Below are positions 1-22,694 of a DNA stretch of 64,000 bases, in pieces (position 1 is the stretch's first letter; every line of letters begins with the position of its first letter). Below the pieces are notes generated by a model. That model was not told where the DNA came from, did not search any database, and saw nothing but the letters and a program-made list of their open reading frames with translations. Source of the stretch: the human T2T-CHM13v2.0 reference genome, Homo sapiens. Made by a program: the position numbers and the translations under genes. Location of the stretch: NCBI RefSeq assembly GCF_009914755.1, contig NC_060925.1; one strand, given 5' to 3'.

Positions 1-354
1 ACTTTTTGAGTCCTCTTATGATAGTCCATTGTATTATGCTCAGGGATTTTCATTGTACTTAAGAGAGGAAGATCAGGGAAAAATGAGTCTTCTCCCCTTT
101 TTCATACCAGAAGTTTTTGAACTTTCTGTAGTTATGTGTGTTTGAGTATGTGTAAATTACTTATGCTATATATTACATAGCATATATTCAGTGTACTATA
201 ATATATACTATAATCAATAATTTATGTTTTGAGATTATACACAGATATTAGATATACCAGTATTATCTATGATTAAACTTTTACAAAAAAGTTATCTTAC
301 TATATATGTCCTTTTGCAACTTGTTTTATTCAATCATTTTGTTTTGGAGATTTA

Positions 355-875
355 TCTTTTTTATATAAATTTAAGGGGTACAAGGGCAGTTTTGTTGCAT
401 GGATATATTGGGTAAGGGTGAAGTCTGGGCTTTTAGTGTAACCATCAGCAAAATAATGTACATTGTACCCATTAAGTAATTTCTCATCTGTCACTCTCAT
501 CTCACCCTTCTGAGTCTCTGGTATCTATTATTCCACACTCTATGTCCATGTACATACATTATTTAGCTCCATTTTGATACATGTAAATCCAGTTCATTAA
601 TTTCAAATGGTATAGAGGGTTTCCCATTGTATGAATAAACTACAGTGTTTATCCATTCCTCTATTGAGCAGTTATTTTTTGTGAATGCAAGCAATGTGGC
701 AGTGAATATCCTTGTACACATCTCCATGTGCACATAAGTAAGGGTTTCTCTAGAATATATATAGAAATGAAATTCCTATGTGGTAGAATATACACATCTC
801 CAACTTTGTGCTTGTATATTCTGGATACAAAATAATAAGATACCACCAAACTGAGCTTTAGAGTGGTTGTCCTAG
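355..875 (-). mobile_element. Old L1 (L1MA/L1ME-type) 3' fragments
   Basis: gggtacaagggcagttttgttgcatggatatattg...ccacactctatgtccatgt and gtgaatatccttgtacacatctc resemble antisense L1 3' UTR. Confidence 0.65.
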
Positions 876-941
876 TTTATTATATTTAAAATTTTGTAAA
901 TGTTTTAAAATATTTGTATATACTATATATAATACTTATAA

Positions 942-1109
<168 letters not shown>

Positions 1110-1710
1110 TAGTGTAAATGTTATAATGCTGTGTAATTATACCCTTCTTTAAGAAAGCACTTACTTGTGGAATCTTTTATTCTGTTAACTATGAACTCTT
1201 TACATTAAGTCAATCAAAATTTCCCTGCCTTCTTCCCTTCATCTCCCCATTATACATTTACACAATCCTGTTGATATAAGTTATCAAGTAACACTATCTG
1301 TTCTTTTCTGTAAGTGCTCGTGGGTTGATTCTCTACAAGCACCTCAAAGGAAAGATTTATGATTCATTATCCCAGTGGTTAAGACATTTTCGTAACCTGA
1401 ACTGCTTATTGATGTAAACATTTCATTATGCCCATCTTTTGCAAACATAGAAAACAACCAGTTGTTCTGTCTTTTATGCAATTCTTTCACTTTCTGAACC
1501 TTTTTTCCTAATTTTTAAATCTTTTTTCCTAATGTTTGTCATTTAAGAAGTTTTTATCATTTCAAATGCTAAATACATCATCATAAGCTATTAAAATCAC
1601 TTTTAATATTACTATCACCCAAATAACGTACTTTGTACCCATTAAGTAATGTCTATTAAAATAGCTTCTGATACTGTATTAAGCTGAGAAGTTATTTTCT
1701 TATTCTAATT

Positions 1711-2003
1711 TTTTTTTTTGAAAGAGAGAGCCTCACTCTGTTGCCCAGCCTGTAGTGCAGTAGCACAATCATGGCTCACTGCAGCCTCTGTCTCCCAGAT
1801 TCAAGCAATTCTCCTGTCTCAGCCTCCCAAGTACCTGGGGACTACAGGCGCACACTACCAGACAGGCTAATTTTTGTATTTTTAGTGAAGACGAGGTTTC
1901 ACCATGTTGGCCAGGCTGATCTCAAATTTTTGGCCTTAAATGATCCACCCACCTCAGCCTCCCAAAGTGCTGGGATTACAGAAATGAGCCACTGCACTCG
2001 GCC
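1711..2003 (-). mobile_element. Alu, full length, antisense in AGL intron 28
   Basis: T-run then ctcactctgttgccc...cctcccaaagtgctgggattaca. Confidence 0.95.
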
Positions 2004-2056
2004 TTTTATTCTAAATTTTATCTTCAGTAAGAATTGTCCAAAAAATAGTTGTGTAC

Positions 2057-2195
2057 TGGGTGTGGTAGCTGACGTCTGTAATCTCAACACTTTGGGAGGT
2101 TGGGAGGTTGAGGTGGGAGGATAGCTTGAACCCAGGAGTTTGAAACCAGCTTGGGCAACATAGTGAGGCCCCATCTCTACAAAAAATAATTAATA
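2057..2195 (+). mobile_element. Alu left monomer / FLAM
   Basis: ctgggtgtggtagctgacgtctgtaatctc...catctctacaaaaaa. Confidence 0.9.
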
Positions 2196-2615
2196 AATAA
2201 GTTGCCATCTTTACATGCTTTACCAGTTTTTTAAAAATCTATTTGGTACATTAGATCCTTGTACTTCCCTTTTATTTTTCTTAAAAATGAGCTTTCAAAT
2301 TAATGTGTCTGCCTTCCCTCACTTTCTCCAGCCCTATTTTTCATGTTTGCTATCTTTTCTCTAGTACCTTATCCCAATATTCAGATTCCTTACTCCTACC
2401 TTTTCCAACTGCCATCTTCTTTTATTCCACAATTCCCATTCTACATCATAGAATTTTTTAAAATTATGTGAGGATGATAGACAATGGCAAAACCGTGAGA
2501 GGAAAAAATCTTTACATGATATAGTACACATTCCTATAGAGTAAGGATTTTTTAATAGTTTTCATAATATGTTATATGATTCATTACAATTGTTTACCGA
2601 ATGCCCTTTAAATAG

Positions 2616-2840
<225 letters not shown>

Positions 2841-3086
2841 TAATCATCATTTGATTCTATCAGCTAATATCGGAAAACCCTTAAAATTAAGAAGAAAGAA
2901 AATTCATTAATTTACTAGTGTGAAAATTGTAACAATTCTAGTTGAACCATATTTGTCGCAACTTTGAACTGAGATAAGAAAGCAGCATAGCTGTTGCCTT
3001 TATTGTGCATGTCTTTTTCCTCACTGTGACTGAGCAAGTTGCATTTCTGTGAGCAATTTTGCAATCTTTACATGTCTTTTTCTAGA

Positions 3087-3662
3087 ATAGTGCTGTCCAA
3101 AATAATGTGAACCACATACATAATTTTAAATTTTATAGTACCCACATTTTAAAAAGTAAAAAGAAGCAGGTGAAATTGATTACAAGATATTTTATTAAAT
3201 CAGCCAGGTGCAGTGGCTCATGCCTGTAATCTCCACACTTTGGGGGGCCAAGGCAGGCAGATCGCTTGAGCTCAGGAGTTTGAGACCATCCTGGGCAACA
3301 TGAAAACCCATGTCTACAAGAAATACAAAAATTAGTAGGGTGTGGTTATGTGAGCTTGTAGTCCCAGCTACTTGAGAGGCTGAGGTGGGAGGATGGCTTG
3401 AGCCCAGGAAGCGGAGGTTGCGGTGAGCCAAGTTCATACTACTGCACTCCAGCTTGGGTGGACAATACCAGACGCTGTCTTAAAAAAAAAAAAAGACATT
3501 TTATTTAACTCAGTGTATGTATATAAGATATTGTTTCAACATGTAATCAATATAAAATTATTCATGAGCTATTTTACATTCTTTTTGGGTGGTGCTACAT
3601 CTTCATAATCCAGCTTATATTTTACATTTATAACACATCTCAATTCAGACTGGCCACATTTT
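3087..3662. mobile_element. MER33-like hAT DNA transposon split by a sense Alu (3203-3494)
   Basis: tagtgctgtccaaaataatgtgaacc...gtgaaattgat and ...catctcaattcagactggccacatt; degenerate TSD aagatattttattaaatcag / aagacattttatttaactcag around the Alu. Confidence 0.75.
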
Positions 3663-3759
3663 CCAAAAGTGGATAATTTATTGCCTTGTAGTAGATAAAA
3701 ATAAACTAAATATTACTATTTGTCTGTAACTAGATGTGTGAATTGTTTTGAATGATTAA

Positions 3760-4041
<282 letters not shown>

Positions 4042-4276
4042 TAGAGTTTGCTTAGTTCCTTATTCCCATTTGTTTTCAAATTCACTTCATTGCTAAAAAG
4101 TAGTATATTGCTTACTAGCTAGTTTTAAATAGTCTTTCCTAATTAATCAAGTATTATGCGTATCACTTTTAACCTGTAACATTCAGTATCCAAAAGCCGA
4201 AAGTAATAGATGATGACTAATGAAGTGCTTCCTAGAGTTTTTCACATTCAGAGCACACATAGAAGATGTTATTTGT

Positions 4277-4405
4277 GGCCAGATGCAGTGGCTCACACAC
4301 TTGGCGGACTGAGGCAGGAGGATCACTTCAGCCCAGGAGTTTGAGACCAGCCTGGATATCATAATGAAGCCCCACCACCATATTTGAAAAGAAAAGAAAA
4401 GAAAA
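4277..4405 (+). mobile_element. Alu monomer / FLAM
   Basis: ggccagatgcagtggctcac...cccaggagtttgagaccagcctgg, GAAAA tail. Confidence 0.85.
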
Positions 4406-5057
4406 TGATATTTGTATAGCACAATAGGTTACATGGAGTAGGCTGCTTGTGCTAGATCCAACTACTTCAGTTAGCCCCAGGCCCCACCCAGCTACCCTGA
4501 AAGCTGAGGGTCTCTGTATCCTACACACCTGTGCTATAACCAGTGCCTCAGCACACTAGTTGGAAAGCCCTGAACTAGTGAACTAAAGTGGATAGCTTTA
4601 GTTAACATTCTGTTTTCATTGTTGCATTGCTGCAATCAGTTTGTCCGGCAAAGAATTTTAGACTCTCTGCTGTTTTAAATCTATACTTTAGTCTAAAAAT
4701 AAACTACAAGGAAGTAAAATAGAGAAGGTATGTGTTCTTCTATGCCTGGCTAGCTGTTTTCACGTTGTCAAAAAGAGTACCAAACCTACTACTATAAATT
4801 ATAGTAGAATGAAAAGTGTAAAAGTACACAAAGGTAGCTTTGGTTCAGCGTGGACCATTAAAATTAATGCATATTCTTGGTCAACAATGCTTTTCTCTTC
4901 TTTCTCTGTATCTCTGATAAATTTACTCATGCTATTGGAGTAAAAGTTCTGTGTTTATTTATGGCCCCAGAAGCAAACAATGGGTATCAGATGTACTTAA
5001 AGAAAGCTATTATGAATCTGCTGAAGAATGAGTTACATAAATTTAAGTGTGTGCTGT

Positions 5058-5502
<445 letters not shown>

Positions 5503-5649
5503 TTAGATCTGTTTAGGCATCTACACTCAAATTCTGACCCTCATGGTATTTTAAGTAATTTTTTTCAAGCTTATGAATAGTTTCTGTGGGTAGGAACTAA
5601 TTCTTCTGTGATCTTAAAAATTTGTATATTTGTTTTTGGCATTCACTAG

Positions 5650-5748
<99 letters not shown>

Positions 5749-5827
5749 TAAGTTGGAATATAAGTATTAAGAATGTTATCATATTTAATCCAAATACATT
5801 GACATCAACCATAATTTTTTTTTTTTT

Positions 5828-6063
5828 GCCAGGGCAACAAAAGGAGATGCCATCTCTACAAAAATAAAAGTTAAAAAAAAAATTAGTTGGGAGAGATTGT
5901 GTACACCTGTAGTCCTAGCTACTCAGGAGGCTAAGGCAGGAGTATCACTTGAGCCCAGGAGATCAAGGCTGTAGTGAGCTATGATGGCACCACTGCACTC
6001 CAGCCTGCTTGACAGAATGAGACACTGTATTAAAACACACACACACACACGCACACACACACC
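5828..6063 (+). mobile_element. 5'-truncated Alu with (CA)n microsatellite tail (6035-6063)
   Basis: Alu right arm followed by acacacacac... Confidence 0.9.
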
Positions 6064-6647
6064 AAAACTCACAATTAAAGCTGACTCTTGTGACCAGCTC
6101 TCCAAAAAAAGAAAAGTAACAAATGGAGTATAGATAACTGTGTTATAAGTTCCATGTATTACAATAAAGCAATATGTATATTCAGTTGCTATTTGTAATC
6201 CGATAATAGGCCAATTTTAATTTTAAAATAATTTTATGGAGAAGCTTAAAAATCACCTTTCCAATCTATAATTAATAAAACCATGTCTTTAATTTTTATT
6301 AATTCAAATTATTCTATATATATTTCAATTATTAGATAGGCTTCAATATATTAGAGGCCTAGGAAATAGTTGACTTTAAACCAAGCCATATTTAGTGCCA
6401 GGCTAACTTCTTTAAGGCAAGATACCAGAATATTTTACATTTTTTATATTAACCAGTATTTGTTAATCATTTTTAACACATGATTAAAGTCCTGTGAACT
6501 CAGTATGTACTAATTTAAGGTTAGATGGATGATGTACTAATGCCGAGCTTATTCTGTAGAAGACAAAATAATTGATTATTTCTCTTACCTTTGTTATTGA
6601 AATTTTTCTAATGCTTTTTACATAATATCTGATCATCTTTTATTTAA

Positions 6648-6779
<132 letters not shown>

Positions 6780-6858
6780 TGAGTTTCAGTTTAAATTATT
6801 TTTCAAGTAATTTTTAGGTATTTATGGTTTTTTTTGTCTTTTAAATAATCTTTTTTAG

Positions 6859-6993
<135 letters not shown>

Positions 6994-7639
6994 TAAGTCA
7001 TCAGGAGCATGTAATTTCCATAACTAGTGTTTAGTCAGTTTATTAGCTATTAGGTAAATTACAGTTTCTTAGAATTGATTTCTGTATGCCCTAGGTATCC
7101 CAATGAAAAGTGAAGCCTTTATTCTTTAACATGACAAATTCTGTTATATAATTTTCACTTTCTCTTATTTTGGGTTGTTATTTATTTTAAGTTGAGGTCT
7201 TGATATTGTGCGATTTATACATGTGGAATAGTCTTTGATTTTTAAAATTTCCCTGATGTTTTTGGATGTGGTTAGCACAGGATAAATATAAAAACTGAAG
7301 GTACTCAGCCTGGGCCTTTTGAGTTAATTGATTTAAAGATATATCAAGAAATAGTTTTCAGAAATGCTTTCATTATAGTTAAAATATCAGAACTGGTCTT
7401 TTGCCTGTTAGTTCAAAAAACATTTTTCACTTCCTTGTCCTAATTATTAGCAAATAGACAGTGTCAGAGTTACGTATCTTTATAAGAGTATAAATTCAGA
7501 GTGTATCTTAATTCCTCAAATTTTAGATTATACCTAAGTATATCTATATTCTATTCCTCAGATAATGAATAAACAGCACAAATTTTATCTCCTTTCTTAC
7601 AAGCACATAAGGGACTTCTGCGTGTTTCATATTAATAGA

Positions 7640-9620
7640 GCCACTCCTGGTCTGTTTTGTTTGGTTGTCACCATGGTACAGATTTTACCATCCTTTTAAG
7701 CTATTTATGTCTTTGTATTTAAAGTGGCTTTCTTGTACATAGTAGCATGTAATCGGGCCTTGCTCTCGTGTAGCACAACAGTTTCTGCTTTTGGAATATT
7801 TAGACCATTTACACTTAAGGTCTGAAATTGTGAAATTTAAATGTTTGTTGTCTGTTTATTCTGTCTGTTCTTTGTTAGCTTTTTCCTCTTTTTGTGCTTC
7901 TTTTGCATTGAATATTTATTATTTCATTTTAATCTCCTTTGTTGGCTAATTAGATGTAATTCTTGTTTATTTAAAATGGCTGCTTTAGGTTTATAGTATA
8001 TGTCTTTATAGTTTACCTTCCAGTGATATACCACTTCAAGTAAGGTATAAAGATCCTTAAAATAGTATAGTTTTATTTTTCCCCTCCCGGCCTGTGTGCT
8101 ATCATCATCATCCATTTTGCTTTTACCTGTTATTACCCCCCACACTACATGGTTACTACATTTGTTTAGGCAGTCAGTTATGTTTTAATGATCTTTAAAT
8201 AATATATTAAAAAGTCTAATTACTCTTATAGTTGCCATTTTCAGTGCTCTTCATATGTTTGTGATGTTCTGTATCTCCATCTTGTATCATTTTCCTTCTA
8301 CCCGAAGGACTTTCTCCATCATGTCTTGTAGTGTTTGCCTCCTCATGATGAATTCTTTCAATTCTTATAAGTGTAAAACATCTGTGTTTTGCCTTTATTT
8401 TAAAGATATTTTCACTATGTATAGAATTCAAAGTTAAGCTTTTTTCTCTTTCATACTTTAAGGTGGTTACATTGTTTTGATAAGAAATCTGCATCATTTT
8501 TATGTCTAACCTACCATCACATCCATGCTGGTGTTTTTCATTTCAACGTTGTAGTTTTCATTTCTCAAAGTTTTATCTGGGCTGTTTTTATATCTTCCAT
8601 GTCTCTGCTTAATGTTTTGAACATGTGGAATATGATTACAGTGACTCTTTTAATATCCTTGTCTGCTAATTCATTTCTGGGTTGCTTTTGCTTGTGATTG
8701 TTCTCTTTATTTTGGGTCATATCACCCTGCTTCTTTGCTTGGTAGTTTTTGTTTTTTGATTTTTGGAGCGACAGGGGTCTTGCTATCTTGCCCAGGCTGG
8801 TCTCGAACTCCTAGGCTCAAGCAGTCCCCCAACCTCGGCCTCCTGAAGTGCTGAGATTACAGGCATGAGCCACCACACCCAGCCATTTGCCTGGTTATTT
8901 TTTATTAGATACCAGATGTGAATTTTACCTTGTTGGGTGCTAGATTTTTGGTGTTTCTGTAAATGTTTTTGAGCTTTGTTTTGGAATGCAGTGAAATTAC
9001 TTGGAAACAGTTTGATCCTTTCTGGTCTTGATTTTAAGCTTGTTAGACCTGACCAGAATAGCATTTGGTCTAGGAATAATTATTCTCCATTAGTGAATCA
9101 AGACCCATCTGTGTTCCCTACCCTGTATTTCGAAAATTATGACGTTTTCAAATCTGGCTGGTGGGAACAAGCAAGTGTTCCTGACGCTGTATGAGTGCCA
9201 CATACTGCTTCTTCTCATCCTTTTGGATGGTTCTTTCCTTGTTCTTTGGTAGTTTCCTCTTGTGAATTTGCTGGTTGGTACACTACAGATACTTGAGTGG
9301 GACCCTCTGCATATCTTCAGAGTTCTCTCTTTGTACAGCTCCTTCCTCTCTAGTACTCTATCCTGCAAATTGTAGCTGCTTTGTAGTGTTCCTGGATTCT
9401 CAGTTCAACTCAAGGAAGTCTGCCAGGCTCCACCTGTGTTCCCCCTCTCTGTGCCAAATCCTGGAAACTCTCAAGGCAGTAAGGTATGGTAATCATAGGG
9501 TTTGCTTCATTTGTTTCTCATCCTTCAAGGATCGCTATTTGTTGCCTAATGTCTAATGTCTTAATGTCCAGTTCTTCAGTTGTATCAGACAGGAGGGAAA
9601 TTCTGTCCATACTACTTCCT
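7640..9620 (-). mobile_element. Old L1 (L1M-type) internal fragments with an inserted Alu monomer (~8745-8884)
   Basis: T-rich + strand with L1-like motifs (gaattctttcaattc..., ttgccttattttaaagatattttcact); decayed K/E-rich minus-strand ORFs. Confidence 0.6.
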
Positions 9621-10397
9621 GTTTGTCACATATGGAAGTCCTTCCTTGCTTTCTGGCCCAGCAAGGTTTTCAACACTCATCTTTCACTTTCACTACCCCA
9701 GCCTGGAATTGGGCAATTCTCTAAGGATCCCTTGTTCTTTATAGTGAAAAATGTTATTTAGAAGCCAGATCTGAGCACATGGTGTATTTATTATTACTAT
9801 GACCCCCAGTAGATAGGGCTAGGGAATATATAATAATACATAAACATAAGTAAATACATACACACTTATCTTCATCTCAATGTATCCTGTCTATGTGTGT
9901 TGAAAACCTGAGTTTACACCAGTTCCAAGCTATTTCTCAGTGTTTAATTCTATTTTTCTCCCTTTCTATATTTGTAATTCCCTTTTCCAACAATGAATAA
10001 CCTACTTCCCACATTGGGCCATCACCACCACATAGAGTCTGCTCACCCAGCTTGGGCCTGCTACCCCACAGTAAGCCACCTCTATGTGTGGAGCCCTCCT
10101 GGCACCACTTGGATTCTAACTACCCACTCTGGACCACTCTCACCCTTGGTGGACTCCCTCTTCATACCTCTTGGACTCTAACATCCTGCTCCATACTACC
10201 TATTACCCTTTCCCCTCCATTTCTGGTCACCTACCTTGCTCTGTCCCACCTAATGACTTCAGGATGAATTTTTCAGGAAAGCAAGGGAAAGGGGACTTCC
10301 TTATATTTGTATGGATACATTCCATGTCCTAGTGTCCAAGTGTAATTATGGGCAGCATATTCATGGTTTTGTAACCTCATTTTGTTTTTTAATTTTG

Positions 10398-10760
10398 GTA
10401 TCTGTTAGTTTGCTAGAGCTGCAGTAACAGAGCACTACAAACTGAGTGACTTAAATAATAGAAATTGTTAAACAGCAGAATATTGTCTCACAGTTCTGGA
10501 GGCCAGAAATCTGAAAAATCAAGGCATGGGCAGAGCCATGCTCCCTCTGAAGGCATTAGGGAAAGGTCTCTTCCAGCCCTGTCTCCTAGCTGCTGATAAT
10601 CCTGTGGCTTGTGGCAGCAAAACTCCAATCTTCATGTGGCATTATCTTAACTAATTACATCTGCAGTGACCCGATTTCCAAACAGGTTCACATTCTGAGG
10701 TACTCGGGGCTAGGACTTCAACATACAAATTCTGTGGAGATGTAATTCAACACATTACAG
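10398..10760 (-). mobile_element. MaLR LTR (MLT1-type)
   Basis: tctcacagttctggaggccagaaatctg...ggttcacattctgaggtact...ggacttcaacata. Confidence 0.8.
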
Positions 10761-11149
10761 ATGCCCAGGTATCCAACTTCAGTCATTTGGCATTTTACTC
10801 TGATGTAGCTTGAATACTTGGAAACATACATTTTCTATATTTTCCATGTTTCTATGACAGTTTTTTAAATATGGTACCTAGCTGATATTAGTTATTATCC
10901 AAAATACCCTGTTTTACCTAATGGGATTATTTTTTCCCATTTTTACTATGAAGTATTTGATGCCCACTGAAGCGTGTATGTAATATAGCCCTGAGATACA
11001 AACCATAGTAATGAAACAAATATGTTCCCACAACCCAACTTAAAAATGAAACATTACAGATGTCTGTACTTTTTGAATTTGTTTTCATTTTTAAGGGATT
11101 ACATTGAAATTAACAATAAATTTGATGTGCTAACATCACTGTGTTCTGA

Positions 11150-11305
11150 TAAGGAGGGCTGGAACAAGTTATTTAACCTCTATAAATCTCTCTTACCTCT
11201 CTATAGATAGGAATACTTATGGTACCTTCCTTACAGGGTTACTGTGAACATTAAATGAGATAATATACATAAAAGCAGTATTAGAACATAAATGCATAAT
11301 AAATA
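11150..11305. mobile_element. MIR
   Basis: caagttatttaacctct...tacagggttactgtgaacattaaatgagataat MIR core. Confidence 0.7.
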
Positions 11306-11753
11306 CCAAGTTTATTATTCAGTAGAAAGAGAAATTAATTGGCATTTTTTTCTTTAAGTAGAAAGTATTCTGGAATGCCATTTTTCCGCCTAATCATAGT
11401 TCTTAGTGTTTCTTCATTACTTTTACTTTTACAGTTTTATCAAGATCACACATAACACATCTGCATAATTACAATTTGAGTCTCATAAACAAAATTATGC
11501 CTGAGAGAGTATTTATCTCTATGTTTATATGTAGCTTGTAATGGTAGTTTCTTCTATGTTTTTAATACATAAAGGGATTCCTTGTATTTAAAAGTCTCAA
11601 ATTCCAAAGATGGAATGTCAAAGAATAATTTCAGTCTAAATTCATTTGTATGTCTTTAGGATATTGTTTTATTTTGTAGCAAATGACTACATATGATTAT
11701 TTTCTACACTAGAAGGCAAAAATCACCAGGTCTTGCCTATTTTGTTAATATGA

Positions 11754-11912
<159 letters not shown>

Positions 11913-14283
11913 TTTATTACAGATATTAAGTATGCAATTACTTGTATTATAGGATGCAAGGTCATCATATGTAAATGCCTTATATGCACAGGCTCAAGTT
12001 GTTTTAAAAATCTCATTTATTATAATATTGATGCTCAATTAGGTAAGATTGTAAAAGCATTGATTTTTTTTAATGTACAGAGGTAGATTTCAATTTGAAT
12101 CAGAAAGAAATATCATTACCAATGAAATGTGTTTGAGTTCAGTAAGAATTATTCAAATGCCTAGAAATCCATAGTTTGGAAAAGAAAAATCATGTCATCT
12201 TCTATTTGTACAGAAATGAAAATAAAATATGAAAATAATGAAAGAAATGAAAAGATAGCTTTTAATTGTGGTATATATAATCTTCAGTAACAATACATAC
12301 TGAATACGCTGTGGTTCATTAATATTAACACCACGTACTATAGTATTCTTAATACAGTGCTCACTGCATTTAATAAATATTTAATAAATGATGAATGATA
12401 GAAGTTTCCATCTACAATATATGTTCCTAAATGGAGCACAGATGTTCAAACTATGCTTTCATTTTTTCACTGATATATTAATTTTTGTGTAATGAATGCC
12501 AACAGTATATTTTATATGATTTACTTATGTGAGGAAACATGCAAAGCATTAGGAAATTTATTTCCTAAAAACAGTTTTGTAAAATTAGTATTGAGTTCTA
12601 TTGAGTATTATAAGATAGCTTACATTTTCAAAATGGAAATTGTCGGTCATATTTCTAGAACTTTAAAGAAAAAAGAATGTTATATTAGTTTTCTAAAACT
12701 CAACTATCTTTAGTCATGTTCAAAAATCTATTGCTAGATCATAGTAGATACTGGTTTTCTATTAACTCAAAACCTACATTGACAAGTTTAACATTGAGAA
12801 GAATCTTAACAAAAATATGGATATGAATTCAGTAGATATCTTAAATTCAATAAAATCACTGGAAGTTTTTCATGATAACTTATTTTAAGATGCCTTAAAA
12901 ATCTTAAAGTCACAAAAGGAAAAAGGTTTTTAACATTTACATGAGTTAACATTTTTTCATAGAACTTATTTCCTAGATAGAATTTTTTACTGTTTTTTAC
13001 TGTTTTCTTAAGAAAACAGTTAAATCATTATGCATTCAGTTGGAAGAAAGTAGTGGCAAGAATTCTTTCATTGCTATATAATATTCAGTGGCTCATTTAT
13101 ACCTAATAAAATAATGGTATTTTAAAATAATGCTACTTTCAAAGTAGCATTTTTTTAGTTAGTTTACAGGTTACATACCCAAAACCTTAACTATGACTAA
13201 GAAATTAAAGAAGAAAACCAGCAAACTAAAACTTCTGGGCAGCAAAAATATATAAATGCTTCAGATGTCAAATACCCATGCTTGAAAGCTCGTGTAATTT
13301 ACTTTAAGATTATCTGCCTGCTCTTCTTCAAAGCTGACCTTGCTTTAGAAATAGTTTTAACTAGCTTAGTTTTCTGGTTTCCAAAACTAAAATAGATTAA
13401 ATCCTACAAATTTAAGGACAGTTGTGACAGTAATCTGACCACTATCTATAAATACATTGGACATTGGTTTCCAAATCTCCCTTTCTTCTTCAGTTCCTTC
13501 CTTGTTCAATATATACCCTTCTCTAAACTGTGCGGGTAAAAGGAATGACTGTCCTTGAGAGAACCATTAGTTTATCAAAGGTTTATGTAGTTTTGTTGCT
13601 GTACCCTAACTTTGATATTCAGGGAGGTAGGAAAGGTAACAGAAAACCAGCATATTTAATCAAAGCAAGAAGTAATCGCTGACAGTTAAATGTGACCAAA
13701 AAAATTAAAAGTTCACAATTTTTTTAATGTAGCCATTTGGGGTTATCTCTAGTAAGGCAGATACCCACGTTGGTAAATTTTTAGGATATTGTGTTGCACT
13801 AGAAAACTAAGTGGTTCATATTTCTAATGAGGAAGATTAATGAAAGAACATTGTTATATTCTGCGTGGTATATTTTAAAGTTTAAGAAGGCATGTTAAAC
13901 ATTATTTCCTCTATGGTAGTTAAAATACAGAATTAGATTTTTAACAGGTGTCATTTGACTAAACGTTTCGGTAGAATGCTTCATACTTGAGTGATGCTGG
14001 ATAAGGTATTGTATTTCAACAATGGACTATGCCTTGGTTTTTCACTAATCAAAATCAAAATTACTCTTTAACATGATAAATGAATTTACCAGTTTAGTAT
14101 GCTGTGGTATTTTAATAAGTTTTCAAAGATAATTGGGAAAACATGAGACTGGTCATATTGATGAATATTGTAACATGTGAATTGTGATCCATTTCTGATA
14201 TGTCTTGAACTACTGTGTCTAGTGGGCAAATGTCATTGTTACCTCTGTGTGTTAAGAAAATAAAAATATTTTCTAAAGGTCTG
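11913..14283 (+). other. AGL: AGL 3' UTR (~2.4 kb, AT-rich, no recognisable interspersed repeat)
   Basis: Follows the stop codon; ends about 20 nt after AATAAA at 14259-14264, ahead of a GT/T-rich tract; the exact end is inferred. Confidence 0.8.
14259..14264 (+). terminator. AGL: Distal polyadenylation signal of AGL
   Basis: AATAAA with upstream UG-rich sequence (ctctgtgtgtt) and downstream ctgtattttgctttc. Confidence 0.75.
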
Positions 14284-14306
14284 TATTTTGCTTTCATTCA
14301 TAGTCA

Positions 14307-21242
<6,936 letters not shown>

Positions 21243-22112
21243 CTATATAAAAGTATCAGAAGGACATTCTAGAACTGAAAAATATTAATCTGAAATTAAG
21301 AATTTATATATAGAGTAGTTTTAACAGCAGACTGAGTGCTACAAGTAATGAAATCAAAGGCCAATCAATTAAAAATATCGAAACTAATGTAAAAAGAGAA
21401 AAATAACGGAAAGAACCAAGCACCGCTTGTGAGACACATGGGACAGTGTCAAACAGTCTCACACACTTGTAATTGGAGTCTCAGAATCAAGGAAAATGAT
21501 AACAATGACTGAGAGTTTTTGAAAACTATTTATTGCTCACATTTTACCCCATCTGTCTTATTTTCTTAATTATTCCTCTTCACACACACGCACAGTACAG
21601 TTAACTCCAGTAAATTTAACATTGATGAAACTTTCATCAAATACACCTTCTAATTTCAGTGTTGTCAGTTCACTGAATAATGTCCTCCATAGCTTATTTT
21701 CCGTCGAGTACAGGGTCCAGTTAAGATCAGGTGTGGCATGCAATTGTCATCTCTTTAGTTCCCTTTAATCAGGAATATTTCCACAATATTTCTTTGTCAT
21801 TTATGACATTTTTGAAGAAAAAAAGTTACCCCACCTCTTACCAAAAGAATATTCTTCATTTTGGGTTTATATGAAACATTCAGAAAGGCAAATACATAGA
21901 CACAAAGAGCAGATTAATGGTTGCCTGGGGATTAGAATGGGAAGGGAAGAGGGAGTGACTGCAGTTGGGCATAAGCTTTTTTGTGGGGATGATTGAAATG
22001 TTCTACCATTAGATTTTGGTTTTTGTTATATAACTTTGAAAATTTACTAAAAATCATTCATGTATATACTTTAAATGGGTGAACTTTTTGGTAAGGAAAT
22101 TAATTTCAATAA

Positions 22113-22694
<582 letters not shown>

